Numbered from the stretch's first letter, positions 1 through 9,473 are shown. The stretch: DNA of 64,000 bases from Trueperaceae bacterium (GCA_965213705.1 OZ243913.1:992001-1056000), one strand, 5' to 3'. Translations and numbers: made by a program. The notes: a model not told the origin generated them from the sequence alone.

Positions 1-506
1 CGGGCCAGGTCGTAAAGCAGAGTCCAGTCTGGTCGTGACAACTGAAAGGTGATGGTGTTGTCTTCGCCTGCGGTGACGCTCTCGATCGCCTCGTAATACT
101 CGGAGTGGGTGTGGCCCGAGTCTGGGTCTTTAGCTCTTTCAAAGGCGGCAACGACGTCGTCCAGGGTCAAGTCGCTGCCATCGTGAAATTTGACCCCTTC
201 GCGAATCTTGAAGGTGTAGGTCAAGCCGTCTTCAGAAATTTCCCACGACTCAGCTAGAGCGGGAACGATGGCCCCAGTTTGGTCGAACCTGACCAGGCCT
301 TCAAACACGTTGTGGTAGGTCACGCGAGCGATTTCCTGCGAGGTCGAGACCGTCGGGTCCCAGCCCGGTGGGTCGGCGGTGATGGCGACGGCCATTTCGC
401 CGCCGTAGACCGGTGCTGGGTCTTGAGTTGCGGTGTCTTGGGCCACGCCGAAACCGAGGCCGAGCGCGACGAGCGTAAAAACAGAAAAGAGCAAACCGCG
501 TTTCAT
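1..506 (-). CDS. ABC transporter substrate-binding protein, family 5 (peptide/nickel); runs off the window edge
   Basis: Manual translation MKRGLLFSVFTLVALGLGFGVAQ...DPPGWDP...NVFEGLV...PALAESWEISEDGLTYTFKIREGVKFHDG; AAGGAGG RBS upstream. Confidence 0.9.
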   Translation of the reverse strand, partial: MKRGLLFSVFTLVALGLGFGVAQDTATQDPAPVYGGEMAVAITADPPGWDPTVSTSQEIARVTYHNVFEGLVRFDQTGAIVPALAESWEISEDGLTYTFKIREGVKFHDGSDLTLDDVVAAFERAKDPDSGHTHSEYYEAIESVTAGEDNTITFQLSRPDWTLLYDLA

Positions 507-561
507 ACGTTCCTCCTTTGTTGCCTTGTCTTAGCTTAGCGTGCTGAACCCTACCACACCT

Positions 562-1812
562 TCACGCGTCGTTGATGTCGTCACTCAAGTAAAAAACGAT
601 GGCAGCGGCGTAGAGCTTGGCGGCGTCCAACAAGTCTTCGACGCGCACGAACTCGTCGCGCCGGTGCGGGATGGTGCGGTCGCCGGGGCCGACGGTGACG
701 ATGGGCACACCTGCCCAAGCGCTCAAAAAGGTGCCGTCGGTCGCGCCGGGGACGCCGCCGTAGCGGGGCGGGCGCTCGAGCGCCAGTTCGTAACTCTTTT
801 CCAGAGCCGTAACGAGTGGGTCATCATCGGACGTTTGTGTCCAGGGTCGGGACTCGAAACAGTCCACCTCGATCCTCAAGTTGGGGGTGTTTGTTTCCAA
901 GTCTCGAGCAAAGCCCTCAAGTTCAGCCAGCAACACCTCGTGCTCCTGCCCCGGCACGGTGCGGACGTCGAGCGCGAGGTACGCCGTTTCCGGCATCACG
1001 TTGTGCTGCGCCTCGCCGACAGCGGGCGCGCGCACAATCGTCGGCGTGAACCAGGGCAAATCGAGGTGTTCGTGCTCGCCCAAGCGCCGCTGTTCGGCGG
1101 CCTCGAGCCCTTTCACCCGCTCGACAAAGCTGCTCAACGCTGCCACCGGATTCACCCCTGCGTAAGGCATCGCACCGTGCGCCATCACGCCGGTAAAGGT
1201 GACGGACACGCGCATGGCTCCTTTTTGGAACAGGCAAAGTTCGTTCTCTTCAGGTTCACAAATGATAGCGCCGTCGACTGCGTCGGCCCAGCCCTGCCGG
1301 ATGAAGTGTTTGATGCCGAGCATCATCCCCTCTTCGTCCGCGACGATGCCGAAGCGAACCCGCCCCGGCAACTCGGGCGCGACCTGCTGAACCGCCCGCA
1401 CGGCGGCCAGTGCGGCGGCAATCCCGCCTTTCATGTCGGCGCTGCCCCGGCCGTAGATTTTGCCGTCCACGAGTTTGCCGCCGAACGGTTTGTAGGTCCA
1501 ACGTGCCGCGTCGCCCTCGGTGACGACGTCGGTGTGGCCCTCGAGCATCAATGTTTTATGTTGCGCTGGGTCGAAGCGGGTGCCCTGCCAGTCCGCGACG
1601 ACGTTCGGCCGGCCGGGGGCGGCTTCTTCGAGGGTGGGCTCGAGGCCCAGTTCGCGCAACGCTGATGCGATAAAGTGTGCGGCTTCGGCTTCGGTGTTGC
1701 CCTTGGCCGGTTCGTAGACGCTCCGCACCCGCACGAAATCTTGCGCAAGCGTGACGAGGTAGCCCTCATTGACCGCTGCAACCGCCCGCTGTGCCAGCGC
1801 TTTTGTCGTCAT
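562..1812 (-). CDS. M20 family metallopeptidase (ArgE/DapE-like)
   Basis: GHTDVV, GRGSADMKGG, DEE and EP motifs. Confidence 0.9.
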   Translation of the reverse strand: MTTKALAQRAVAAVNEGYLVTLAQDFVRVRSVYEPAKGNTEAEAAHFIASALRELGLEPTLEEAAPGRPNVVADWQGTRFDPAQHKTLMLEGHTDVVTEGDAARWTYKPFGGKLVDGKIYGRGSADMKGGIAAALAAVRAVQQVAPELPGRVRFGIVADEEGMMLGIKHFIRQGWADAVDGAIICEPEENELCLFQKGAMRVSVTFTGVMAHGAMPYAGVNPVAALSSFVERVKGLEAAEQRRLGEHEHLDLPWFTPTIVRAPAVGEAQHNVMPETAYLALDVRTVPGQEHEVLLAELEGFARDLETNTPNLRIEVDCFESRPWTQTSDDDPLVTALEKSYELALERPPRYGGVPGATDGTFLSAWAGVPIVTVGPGDRTIPHRRDEFVRVEDLLDAAKLYAAAIVFYLSDDINDA

Positions 1813-1832
1813 AATTCAGTCGTCGTCACGGC

Positions 1833-2165
1833 TTAACGATCATCCCCGTCCCCGTGGAGCGCGCCGCGCCGCTGCCGGGAAAAGAGTTTTTCCAAGTTGG
1901 CGCTCGCGACCTCTTCCAGAGTCAAATCGAGTTCGGTGCAAAGTTGCGTGAGGTACCACAGCACGTCGCCGAGTTCGCTCTTGAGCGCCTGCCGGTCGTC
2001 TTCGGAGATAGCGCCTCCTTTGTCCCGAAAAAGTTTCTTGACCTTGCCCGCGAACTCGCCCGCCTCGTTGACCAGGCCGAGCGTGGGGTAGACAATCGGG
2101 TGGTCGGTATAGACGCGCCCTGCGGTTTTGCGGGACTCTGTTTGGTAAGTAGTGAAGTCGGTCAT
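1833..2165 (-). CDS. MazG-like nucleoside triphosphate pyrophosphohydrolase
   Basis: LGLVNEAGE...KK...ELGDVLWY...NLEKL. Confidence 0.9.
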   Translation of the reverse strand: MTDFTTYQTESRKTAGRVYTDHPIVYPTLGLVNEAGEFAGKVKKLFRDKGGAISEDDRQALKSELGDVLWYLTQLCTELDLTLEEVASANLEKLFSRQRRGALHGDGDDR

Positions 2166-2230
2166 GGGGCTCCTAGCAAGGAATTATGTCCCGGTAAAAG
2201 GCTTGGGGTAAAAGCGTTCTGAGCTTGCCT

Positions 2231-2428
2231 CTACCACGCTTCGTGACCGGTGGAAGCTCCCGTATCTATTTCCGCGCGGGTCTTTTCCTCAGCAACACCC
2301 TCGAGTAGTTGCTCGAGCGAATCCTTGAAACGCTGCCCGTCTTTTTCGGCCAGCCAGTTACGAAGCTGTATGAAGTCTTCTGCCGACAAAGCCTCGATTT
2401 CAGATTTGATGTGGTCAACTTGTGCCAT
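2231..2428 (-). CDS. small orphan antitoxin-like protein (apparent chimera)
   Basis: Leaderless TATAAT-N6-ATG; N-half like addiction-module proteins, C-half like a MazE/PemI tail (LEQLL...EIDTG..G.EAW). Confidence 0.55.
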   Translation of the reverse strand: MAQVDHIKSEIEALSAEDFIQLRNWLAEKDGQRFKDSLEQLLEGVAEEKTRAEIDTGASTGHEAW

Positions 2429-2437
2429 GTTGCGATT
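2405..2437. repeat. 33-bp imperfect direct repeat, copy 1 (copy 2 at 3377-3409)
   Basis: TTTGATGTrGTCAACTyGTGCCATGTTGCGATT, 2 mismatches between copies. Confidence 0.85.
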
Positions 2438-2574
2438 ATAGGGTTTCAAAGCTATCTGGCTGCAAACAGCGTCAAAGGCTTCATCACGCCTGTCATAATA
2501 AATTTATTTGAGGCCTCACCGAAAACGCTAGGGTGTGTTGGTTGATGGAGCGACGAGGTCAGAAATAGCTGTGT

Positions 2575-2596
2575 TACAATCTAGCCTGACTAGATT
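2575..2596 (+). promoter_or_regulatory. -10 box plus inverted-repeat operator of the phd-vapC operon
   Basis: TACAAT overlapping AATCTAG-cctga-CTAGATT, then GAGGTG RBS. Confidence 0.6.
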
Positions 2597-2605
2597 GAGG
2601 TGAAG

Positions 2606-2848
2606 ATGACCTGGCCTGTTCAAGATGCAAAACAAAAGTTCAGCGAGTTTGTGCGCAAGGCGATTCAAGAGGGTCCACAAACCGTGAGCCGCCACGGCGA
2701 GGAAGTCGCCGTGCTGGTGTCGGTGGAAACCTACCGGAAGCTGAGCGGCAGCGGCAAGGATTTCAAGACGTTTTTGCTTCACGGTCCCGACCTGAGTGAG
2801 CTTGACCTCGAGCGCTCCCCGGAGCTTGCGCGCACCGTCGAATTATGA
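2606..2848 (+). CDS. Phd/YefM family antitoxin
   Basis: MTWPVQDAKQKFSEFV...GPQTVSRHGEEVAVLVS; ATGA overlap with the toxin. Confidence 0.9.
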   Translation: MTWPVQDAKQKFSEFVRKAIQEGPQTVSRHGEEVAVLVSVETYRKLSGSGKDFKTFLLHGPDLSELDLERSPELARTVEL

Positions 2849-3264
2849 GCTACCTACTCGACACCAATGTTCTTTCGGAACTGCGCAAATCCAAAGGGGA
2901 TACCAGGGTCAAAACCTGGTTCGAAAAGGTAGAGGGCAACGACCTGTTCCTCAGTGTGTTGGTCGTCGGCGAAATCCGTCAAGGGATTGAGCGTTTGAAG
3001 CCGCGCGACCCCGAGCAGGCACAAGTTTACGAACTTTGGCTCACGACCCTGAAGCGCGATTACCGAGAGCGCGTCTTAACAGTCGGCCGTGACATAGCTG
3101 AAACCTGGGGTCGACTCAACGCCGTCCAAGCTTTACCAGTTATTGATGGGTTGTTGGCAGCTACGGCCCTGGTGCATGACCTCACCTTAGTAACGCGCAA
3201 CGTGACCGATGTGGCGCGAACAGGTGTGAGCCTGCTCAATCCTTTTGGGTCGGGGGTTGAGTGA
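2845..3264 (+). CDS. vapC: VapC/PIN domain toxin
   Basis: YLLDTNVLSE...GEIRQG...DGLLAATALVHDLTLVTRN. Confidence 0.92.
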   Translation: MSYLLDTNVLSELRKSKGDTRVKTWFEKVEGNDLFLSVLVVGEIRQGIERLKPRDPEQAQVYELWLTTLKRDYRERVLTVGRDIAETWGRLNAVQALPVIDGLLAATALVHDLTLVTRNVTDVARTGVSLLNPFGSGVE

Positions 3265-3376
3265 AAGCGGGTTCTATAGTCCCATTGTGTCAGGGTCGCT
3301 ATAACCACTCTTACGTTGTAACTGGAGGTAATACCACAGCGCGTTGCACAGCCGTTGGTTAGAACTCGAATTTTAT

Positions 3377-3409
3377 TTTGATGTAGTCAACTCGTGCCAT
3401 GTTGCGATT
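3377..3409. repeat. 33-bp imperfect direct repeat, copy 2 (degenerate 5' end of gene 2231-2428)
   Basis: Reads MARVDYIKIKFEF* versus MAQVDHIKSEIE; -10 box is CACAAT instead of TATAAT. Confidence 0.8.
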
Positions 3410-3464
3410 GTGGGTGAGTTGAAAGAAATCTTGTGAACTTCAAAATCTATGATTTTTACCGCCT

Positions 3465-3968
3465 TTACGCTAATAAGTCGCCACGGTCTACATAAGCAAA
3501 TACTTCAACCTCAGCATCTTCATTGCCAATGCCCACAATAAATTTTTTATCGGGGAACCTGCTGGTTAATTGCATCCGCCACATATCGGCAAGGGTCTTA
3601 GCGATAGAACGAACAACGTCCTGAGGGATTTCGTCATGGTCAGGGTCATTGGAGCAAAAATCGTGTAAATGCACGTGATTGTAAAGATATTCAATACTAG
3701 CTAGTGGTCTGTCCTCTCTTTTCGTTCGGTTGATAACATCGTCTAAGTTGTCAGGAACACTCACTGCTCGAAGAATCAAACCTTTCACCTCTATAAATTC
3801 GGGATGGAATAGCTCGAGGTACAAGACCATCTGGTCAAAGCTTGCATAAATGCTCTCGTACAACGTGAGAGATTCTTCCATAGACCGTGTGGCGGTGCTT
3901 TGAGCAACATACCACCGCTGAAACACGGGTAGTTTCTCGAGAAGTTTTAGCTTTCCTATACTTATCAA
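3465..3968 (-). CDS. hypothetical AT-rich protein, immunity-protein-like
   Basis: GAGG RBS plus TTG start; LFHPEFIEV...IEYLYNHVHL...MW...L...FPD pattern. Confidence 0.6.
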   Translation of the reverse strand: MISIGKLKLLEKLPVFQRWYVAQSTATRSMEESLTLYESIYASFDQMVLYLELFHPEFIEVKGLILRAVSVPDNLDDVINRTKREDRPLASIEYLYNHVHLHDFCSNDPDHDEIPQDVVRSIAKTLADMWRMQLTSRFPDKKFIVGIGNEDAEVEVFAYVDRGDLLA

Positions 3969-3984
3969 GTAACACCTCTTCCTC

Positions 3985-4767
3985 TCACAGCGGCGGCGTA
4001 AACCGCCCATCCACCGCCGTCCAACCACCGTCCACAAACAGCAGCGAGCCGGTCACGAACGAGGCGGCGTCGCTCGACAAGTAGACGACCGCGCCGACCA
4101 TCTCGCTCGGTTGCGCCCAGCGGCCCAGGGCACCTTTGTTCGCGTAGGCGTCGTACCATTCCTGGTTCGCCTTAATTTGCTCGGTCAGCGGCGTTTCGAC
4201 CACGCCGGGGGCTATGGCGTTAACGCGCACCTTTTGGGGTCCGAGTTCGGCGGCGAGGGCGCGGACCATTTGCAGCGTACCCGCCTTCGTCGCGGCGTAG
4301 ACACCCTGGCCGGGCTCAACGGTTTGTGAACGGATGCTCGAGAACAGCACGATGCTCCCGCCGCCCTGCGCCGCCATGATTCGCCCCGCCGCCTGCATCG
4401 CCAAAAAGTTGCCCTTGAGGTTCAGCGTCACAACCTTGTCGAACTCTGCCAAAGTGGTGTCCAGCAGTTTCTTACGCACGTTGACCGAGGGTGTGCAAAC
4501 CAATATGTCGAGCGCGCCGTCAATCTCACCAAAAGCTGTTTTGACGCTGCTTTCGTCGGTGAGGTCGATTGCTAAGGCTCGAGCCTGCCCACCCTCAGCC
4601 TCTATCTTTTGGACGGTTTCCTCGGCGGACTCAGGTTGCAAGTCAGCGCACACCACCTCGGCCCCGAAAGCGGCAAGTCCTTCGGCCGCCGCCGCGCCGA
4701 TGCCCGAGCCCGCGCCGACGACGAGGGCTCGTTTGCCGGTCAAGTCGAACAGGTTCGCATAGGTCAC
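3985..4767 (-). CDS. SDR family oxidoreductase
   Basis: GAGSGIG, YAATK, VNAIAPG, VDGG. Confidence 0.92.
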   Translation of the reverse strand: MTYANLFDLTGKRALVVGAGSGIGAAAAEGLAAFGAEVVCADLQPESAEETVQKIEAEGGQARALAIDLTDESSVKTAFGEIDGALDILVCTPSVNVRKKLLDTTLAEFDKVVTLNLKGNFLAMQAAGRIMAAQGGGSIVLFSSIRSQTVEPGQGVYAATKAGTLQMVRALAAELGPQKVRVNAIAPGVVETPLTEQIKANQEWYDAYANKGALGRWAQPSEMVGAVVYLSSDAASFVTGSLLFVDGGWTAVDGRFTPPL

Positions 4768-6587
4768 GCGAACGTCTCTACGAGGGCTTCAAACTGCTGC
4801 GCCCGCTCCCGCGCGACGCTCAAACTCCCGCGCCAAAAGTCCACGCTTTCGATGTCGATGCCGAAGCGTCGCGCCAAAGTCGCGGCGTCGGCGAGACCGG
4901 TGCTCGAGAGCAGTGCGTCGTACCTCTCTCTAAACCCGTCCGGCTCAGCCTCATACACCTTGTACAGCCCGAGGCCGAACAGGTAGCCGAAGGTGTACGG
5001 GTAGTTGTAGAAGCTGCGCGCGTTGCTGTAGTAGTGTCCCTTGTGCGCCCACATGAGACTGTGCCGCTCACCTTCGTTCAAACCTTCGCCGTAGGTGCTC
5101 GCTTGAGCGTCCAGCATGATGCTTTTAAGTTCATCGATGGAAAGTTCGCGTTCGCGCCGTTTTTCGAACACGGTCTGCTCGAGGATGAAGCGCGAATGGA
5201 TGTCCACGACGAGGCCGGTCGCGCCGAGCAAGTCTTGGCCCAGGATGCTCAAGCGTTCCTCGTCGCTCGCTTCGGCCAACATCGCATTGACGACGATGGT
5301 TTCACAAAAGATGCTGGCGGTCTCGGCCAGGGTCATCGGCGTGTTGCGTTGCAAAGCGCTGCGCCCGGCGCGGTACATCTGCTCGTTGTGGTAGGCGTGC
5401 CCGAGTTCGTGGGCTATCGTAAACACGTCGTCCAGCGTCCCGCCGAAGTTCAGCAGCACCCGCGACTCTTCGCGCCCCGGTACGCCCATGCAAAACGCGC
5501 CGCCGCGCTTGCCTTTACGCGGTGGCACGTCGCACCAGTTCTCGGCGAAGGCTCGCTCGGCGAAGACGGCCAAGTCTTCCGAATACTTTTTGAACGTATC
5601 CACGACAAAAGTTTTCGCTTCATCCCAGCTGAAGGCTCGAGTCTCGCCCACACCGACCGGCGCGCTCAGGTCGTACCAGGCGAGCGCGTCTTTGCCCAAA
5701 AACTTCGCCTTGGCTTTGAGGTAACGCCGGAAGTCGGGGAAAGCTTCGCGGCAGGCCGTCTGCATCGCCTCCAGACTCGCTAAGGTGATGTTGTTGTCGA
5801 ACACCGCCGCCGCCAGCGGCGAGTCCCAGCCGCGCGCCGCGCTCAACTCGCCGACCTCGCCCTTGACGCTGTTGAGCGCCGCGGCGTAGCTCACTTCGTT
5901 TTGGGTCAAAAGTTCTATTTCCGCTTCGTAGGCTGCCTTGCGCACCGCCGGGTCGGCGTCGTGCTGCAAGTTGACGAGTTCGGACAAGGTGTAGGCTTTT
6001 TCCTCGCGGCCGGGCAGTGTGGCGATAACGCTCGAGCGGCTCGTCAACTCGCCGTGCAGCTTGCCCCAGGCCCCGCCGCCGGTCGCGCCTAAAACGCTCA
6101 CCACCACCTCGGTTTTGTCATCCAACAGGTGTGTGGCGTCGATGGCGGCGCGCTCGAGCAAGTAAGAAAGGTTTGCAGCTTTTTCCGATTGTGCTTTAAG
6201 CGCTTCAGCGTCCAAACTCCCGAGCCAGGCGGTCAAGCGCTTGCTCAGCGTGCTGAGGGTGCTGAACTGCGGCTGCAAGCTCGACAGCTCGCCCTGCGCC
6301 GCGTCGTCGAAGGCGTTCGTGCTGGTAAACCCGGCGAGATAAGCGCGCAGGTCGCTCAGGTTCGTCACGAGGGCGTTGAACCGCTCGACCAGCGCCTCGA
6401 ACGTCGTCACGGTTTCCGTCGAAACCTCCGCCGCGGTTTGTGTCCCGATTTTATGCTCGTCCATAAAGGTCTCGAGCGCCTTCAAGTCGTCTTTGGCTCG
6501 AGCCTTGGCCTCTTCATAGTCTGCCGAATCCAAACTTGGAAAGATGCTCGAGAGTTGCCAGTGGGGTAGGTCGAGGGTGGTGTCCAT
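4764..6587 (-). CDS. M3 family oligoendopeptidase (PepF-like)
   Basis: GKRGGAFC, HELGHAYH, LAETAS, FYNYPYTFG. Confidence 0.92.
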   Translation of the reverse strand: MDTTLDLPHWQLSSIFPSLDSADYEEAKARAKDDLKALETFMDEHKIGTQTAAEVSTETVTTFEALVERFNALVTNLSDLRAYLAGFTSTNAFDDAAQGELSSLQPQFSTLSTLSKRLTAWLGSLDAEALKAQSEKAANLSYLLERAAIDATHLLDDKTEVVVSVLGATGGGAWGKLHGELTSRSSVIATLPGREEKAYTLSELVNLQHDADPAVRKAAYEAEIELLTQNEVSYAAALNSVKGEVGELSAARGWDSPLAAAVFDNNITLASLEAMQTACREAFPDFRRYLKAKAKFLGKDALAWYDLSAPVGVGETRAFSWDEAKTFVVDTFKKYSEDLAVFAERAFAENWCDVPPRKGKRGGAFCMGVPGREESRVLLNFGGTLDDVFTIAHELGHAYHNEQMYRAGRSALQRNTPMTLAETASIFCETIVVNAMLAEASDEERLSILGQDLLGATGLVVDIHSRFILEQTVFEKRRERELSIDELKSIMLDAQASTYGEGLNEGERHSLMWAHKGHYYSNARSFYNYPYTFGYLFGLGLYKVYEAEPDGFRERYDALLSSTGLADAATLARRFGIDIESVDFWRGSLSVARERAQQFEALVETFA

Positions 6588-6688
6588 AGATGTCTCCTGT
6601 CTCGAGGCCAGTGTACCAAGACGCAGATGGGAGACGGAAAAATACTTCGGTTCCGCGGTGGTAAATAAGGGCTCGAGCCGGTGCTATC

Positions 6689-7033
6689 ATGACTGACGTG
6701 CCTGACTATTCGCTCGACCGGGTGGGTGTTCTCTTGTCCTTGCAGAGAGCGCTGGTCGGTCAAGTGCCTCCGACCCTCCGGGGTGTGCTGGTCGCATTGA
6801 CGGTCGATGTTGAAGCTCGGATGATTTGTTATTTTGACGGCGTTATTGCAGAGGATGACGAAGAGGACGTGCAGTGCGCTTATACAGAAGTGCTCGCGGA
6901 CTTTCCAGACTACGACATCCATTTGGAAATTCACCGACTCGATACCCCCATTCCTTTGCCGAAAATACCAGAAGGTGCAGGGCACTGGGTTTATATGAGA
7001 AGTGGCGAGTTTCAACTTCATCGGTCGAAGTAA
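6689..7033 (+). CDS. hypothetical acidic protein, immunity-protein-like
   Basis: LSLQRALVGQVPPTLRGV...YFDG...TEVLADF; start may be the leaderless GTG at 6698. Confidence 0.6.
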   Translation: MTDVPDYSLDRVGVLLSLQRALVGQVPPTLRGVLVALTVDVEARMICYFDGVIAEDDEEDVQCAYTEVLADFPDYDIHLEIHRLDTPIPLPKIPEGAGHWVYMRSGEFQLHRSK

Positions 7034-7369
7034 ATGAGTAGAGAACCGATGGACTACTTCATCCTAGACTCACTGGCGGATGACTTAGAGGACATCGAGC
7101 ATATTTTGAATATACTAAACAGCCCAAGCGAAATCGGTTGGCGCGATCAGCACCCTGAGCCGTTCACTCACAACGAAATCATCCCAAGCCTGCTTCGTGG
7201 TATTACGGAAGAAAACATAGAAGCAACTGTTTACTCGGAAAAGGAGCGGGCGCTCGTTGATGCAGGAAAGGGTGTTGTGCCAGACATACCCATAGACGAA
7301 GTTTGGTTTCGTCTCACAAAAAGAGGAAGGAATGTGCTGAATGCCTGGGAACCTCCTCCACTCCCATAA
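7034..7369 (+). CDS. hypothetical protein
   Basis: Abuts the previous stop; acidic; ends WFRLTKRGR. Confidence 0.6.
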   Translation: MSREPMDYFILDSLADDLEDIEHILNILNSPSEIGWRDQHPEPFTHNEIIPSLLRGITEENIEATVYSEKERALVDAGKGVVPDIPIDEVWFRLTKRGRNVLNAWEPPPLP

Positions 7370-7412
7370 CGAATTGACTCATTTTCAGGCCTCGACATTT
7401 TGTGAGGGAGCC

Positions 7413-7925
7413 GTGCAAAGCGTAAGCATTGAGCAACTGATTGAGGAAATAAAAAACCTGCCTTCTAAGCCTAAAGGTGTGGCTTTACAGCTTCAATCCA
7501 CAGTTGCAACGGCTATACCGTGGGACAAGAGCTATCTCGAGGACACGTTGCAGTGCTCAATTCCTGATGAACTTGTTCGGCTTTGGCAAGTAAGCTCGAG
7601 CCTGCGAATTTTTGTAGACCTCGGCGAGTACGGTCAGGTCGGTCTCGTAACCTATCCGCCCGACCAAACGATCGTTGAACGCAACCACTATTTCAAATCG
7701 CTCTACAAAGAAGATTTCCGGCCAGGCGACCTTATTTTGGGCGAATTTTTCTACGAATCCGATTTGCTCGTCATCAGGTGTGACCCCGACGACGAAAATT
7801 ATGGACATATTTTGATGGCCTTACCCATCGACTCACGTGAAGACTGGCCCCTTGTAGGAAGCTCGCTGGCAAGCTTCTTGCGGCATTACCTCGACGAATG
7901 CGGCAGAGAGTTTTGGCCTAGATGA
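7413..7925 (+). CDS. SMI1/KNR4 (SUKH) family immunity-like protein
   Basis: GAGGGAG RBS plus GTG; LE..L...IPDEL..LW, ILG...DLLVI, SSLASFL..Y. Confidence 0.65.
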   Translation: MQSVSIEQLIEEIKNLPSKPKGVALQLQSTVATAIPWDKSYLEDTLQCSIPDELVRLWQVSSSLRIFVDLGEYGQVGLVTYPPDQTIVERNHYFKSLYKEDFRPGDLILGEFFYESDLLVIRCDPDDENYGHILMALPIDSREDWPLVGSSLASFLRHYLDECGREFWPR

Positions 7926-7962
7926 CCGAGACGACGCTGGCCTGTTGACCCGAAGTTACCTC

Positions 7963-8901
7963 TTACAACTCCTCCGCCCCCGCCGGCGGCCAACTCCCCC
8001 CGAGTTTCAGCCACGCCTCGACCATGTCGGTCGGCACCTGCGCGGTAAAGGTGATGGCCTGGTTGTCGCGCGGGTGGGGCAGGGTGAGGCGGTAGGCGTG
8101 GAGGGCTTGCCGGGCAATCGCTTCGGAAGAGCGCCCGTAGGTTTCGTCGCCCAAAACGCTCGCGCCTAAGTGCGCCAGGTGAACCCGAATCTGGTGCGTG
8201 CGCCCGCTGTGCGGCTTGGCCTTGACGAGCACATAGCCCGGAATCCGCGCCAGCACCCGAAAGTAGGTGTTGGCGCTGCGCGGTTGCGTGCCGCCGATGG
8301 TCATCTTCTGCCGGTTGACCGGGTGCCGCCCGATGGACGCGTCGAGTTGCACGTCGTCGTCTATATCGCCGACGGCGATGGCGACGTACTCTTTTTCGGT
8401 GAGCCGCTTTTTGAACGAGGCGGACAAATGGCGGTGCGCGGTATCGTTTTTGGCAATCACCATCACGCCGGAGGTGTCTTTGTCCAGGCGGTGGACGATG
8501 CCGGGGCGGTAGTCGTCCTCTTTGGGGTCGAAGTGGCTGTCTTTGGACAGCTCGAGCCGCCCCAACAGCGCGTTCACGACCGTGCCGCTGCGGACCGTCG
8601 CGGTCGGGTGGGCGATTAAGTTGGGCGGTTTGTTGATGGCCGCCAGGTCCTGGTCCTGGTAAATGATGTCTAAGGGGATGTCCTCGGCCTCGACCATGCT
8701 AGGGCGGGGCGGGGGTACCATCACGGTGACGGTTTCGCTGCCCTTGAGTTTAAGAGACGGCTTGCCGACGGGTCGCCCGTCGATTTGGACAAAGCCCTCG
8801 TCGACGAGTTCTTTGGCTTGAGTCCTCGAGAGGTCGAGGGCTTGTGCCATTGCCACGTCGAGGCGTTCCCCGGCGGGCGCGTCGAAACTTCTAAAATCCA
8901 C
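7963..8901 (-). CDS. rluD: RluA family pseudouridine synthase (RluD-like, with S4 domain)
   Basis: ERLD, INKPP, RPGIVHRLDKDTSG, GRTHQIRVH, LHAY; start approximate. Confidence 0.9.
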   Translation of the reverse strand: MDFRSFDAPAGERLDVAMAQALDLSRTQAKELVDEGFVQIDGRPVGKPSLKLKGSETVTVMVPPPRPSMVEAEDIPLDIIYQDQDLAAINKPPNLIAHPTATVRSGTVVNALLGRLELSKDSHFDPKEDDYRPGIVHRLDKDTSGVMVIAKNDTAHRHLSASFKKRLTEKEYVAIAVGDIDDDVQLDASIGRHPVNRQKMTIGGTQPRSANTYFRVLARIPGYVLVKAKPHSGRTHQIRVHLAHLGASVLGDETYGRSSEAIARQALHAYRLTLPHPRDNQAITFTAQVPTDMVEAWLKLGGSWPPAGAEEL

Positions 8902-9023
8902 GGGTTTAAGTGTACCGCCTCGGCCTGGATGCGGGCGTTTTCGGGAGGGGCGTCCGGCCACGAGAACGGTTGTGTACAGGATGGGGGACGTTTTCGTTCT
9001 GAGGCGCGCTTTTCAGCTAAACC

Positions 9024-9473
9024 TCAGAGATAGATTAGTTCGGCCGTCACCTTGTGGCCGTCTATGGTGAGCCGCGCCAGCGAGACCGGCAGGCGAAAGC
9101 GTTTGCGGCCCGCGCTGCCGGGGTTGAGGTAAAGAACGTCCGCCCGCGTCTCGATACCGGGCCGGTGCGAATGTCCGCTGACGACGGCTTGGTAGTCTCG
9201 AGTATTCGCCTCAAAACCCAAGTGTCCGTGATAGACGAGCACGCTGACACCTTCGACTTCAAGCTCGGCCGTCAGGGGCAAAGCGTGAGCCCAAGCGCCC
9301 GTGTCGACGTTGCCACGCGCCGCCGTAACGGGCGCGAGGCCGCGCAGCACCGGGAGAACGTCTGCGCTGCCCACGTCGCCCGCATGGACGATAAAGTCCG
9401 AACCACGCAAAGCCTCGACCGCCTCCGGCCGCAACAGCCCGTGCGTGTCCGAAATGACGCCGACCCTGGTCAT
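9024..9473 (-). CDS. YfcE/MJ0936 family metallophosphoesterase
   Basis: ISDTHG, HAGD, GNVD, GHSH, NPGS. Confidence 0.9.
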   Translation of the reverse strand: MTRVGVISDTHGLLRPEAVEALRGSDFIVHAGDVGSADVLPVLRGLAPVTAARGNVDTGAWAHALPLTAELEVEGVSVLVYHGHLGFEANTRDYQAVVSGHSHRPGIETRADVLYLNPGSAGRKRFRLPVSLARLTIDGHKVTAELIYL

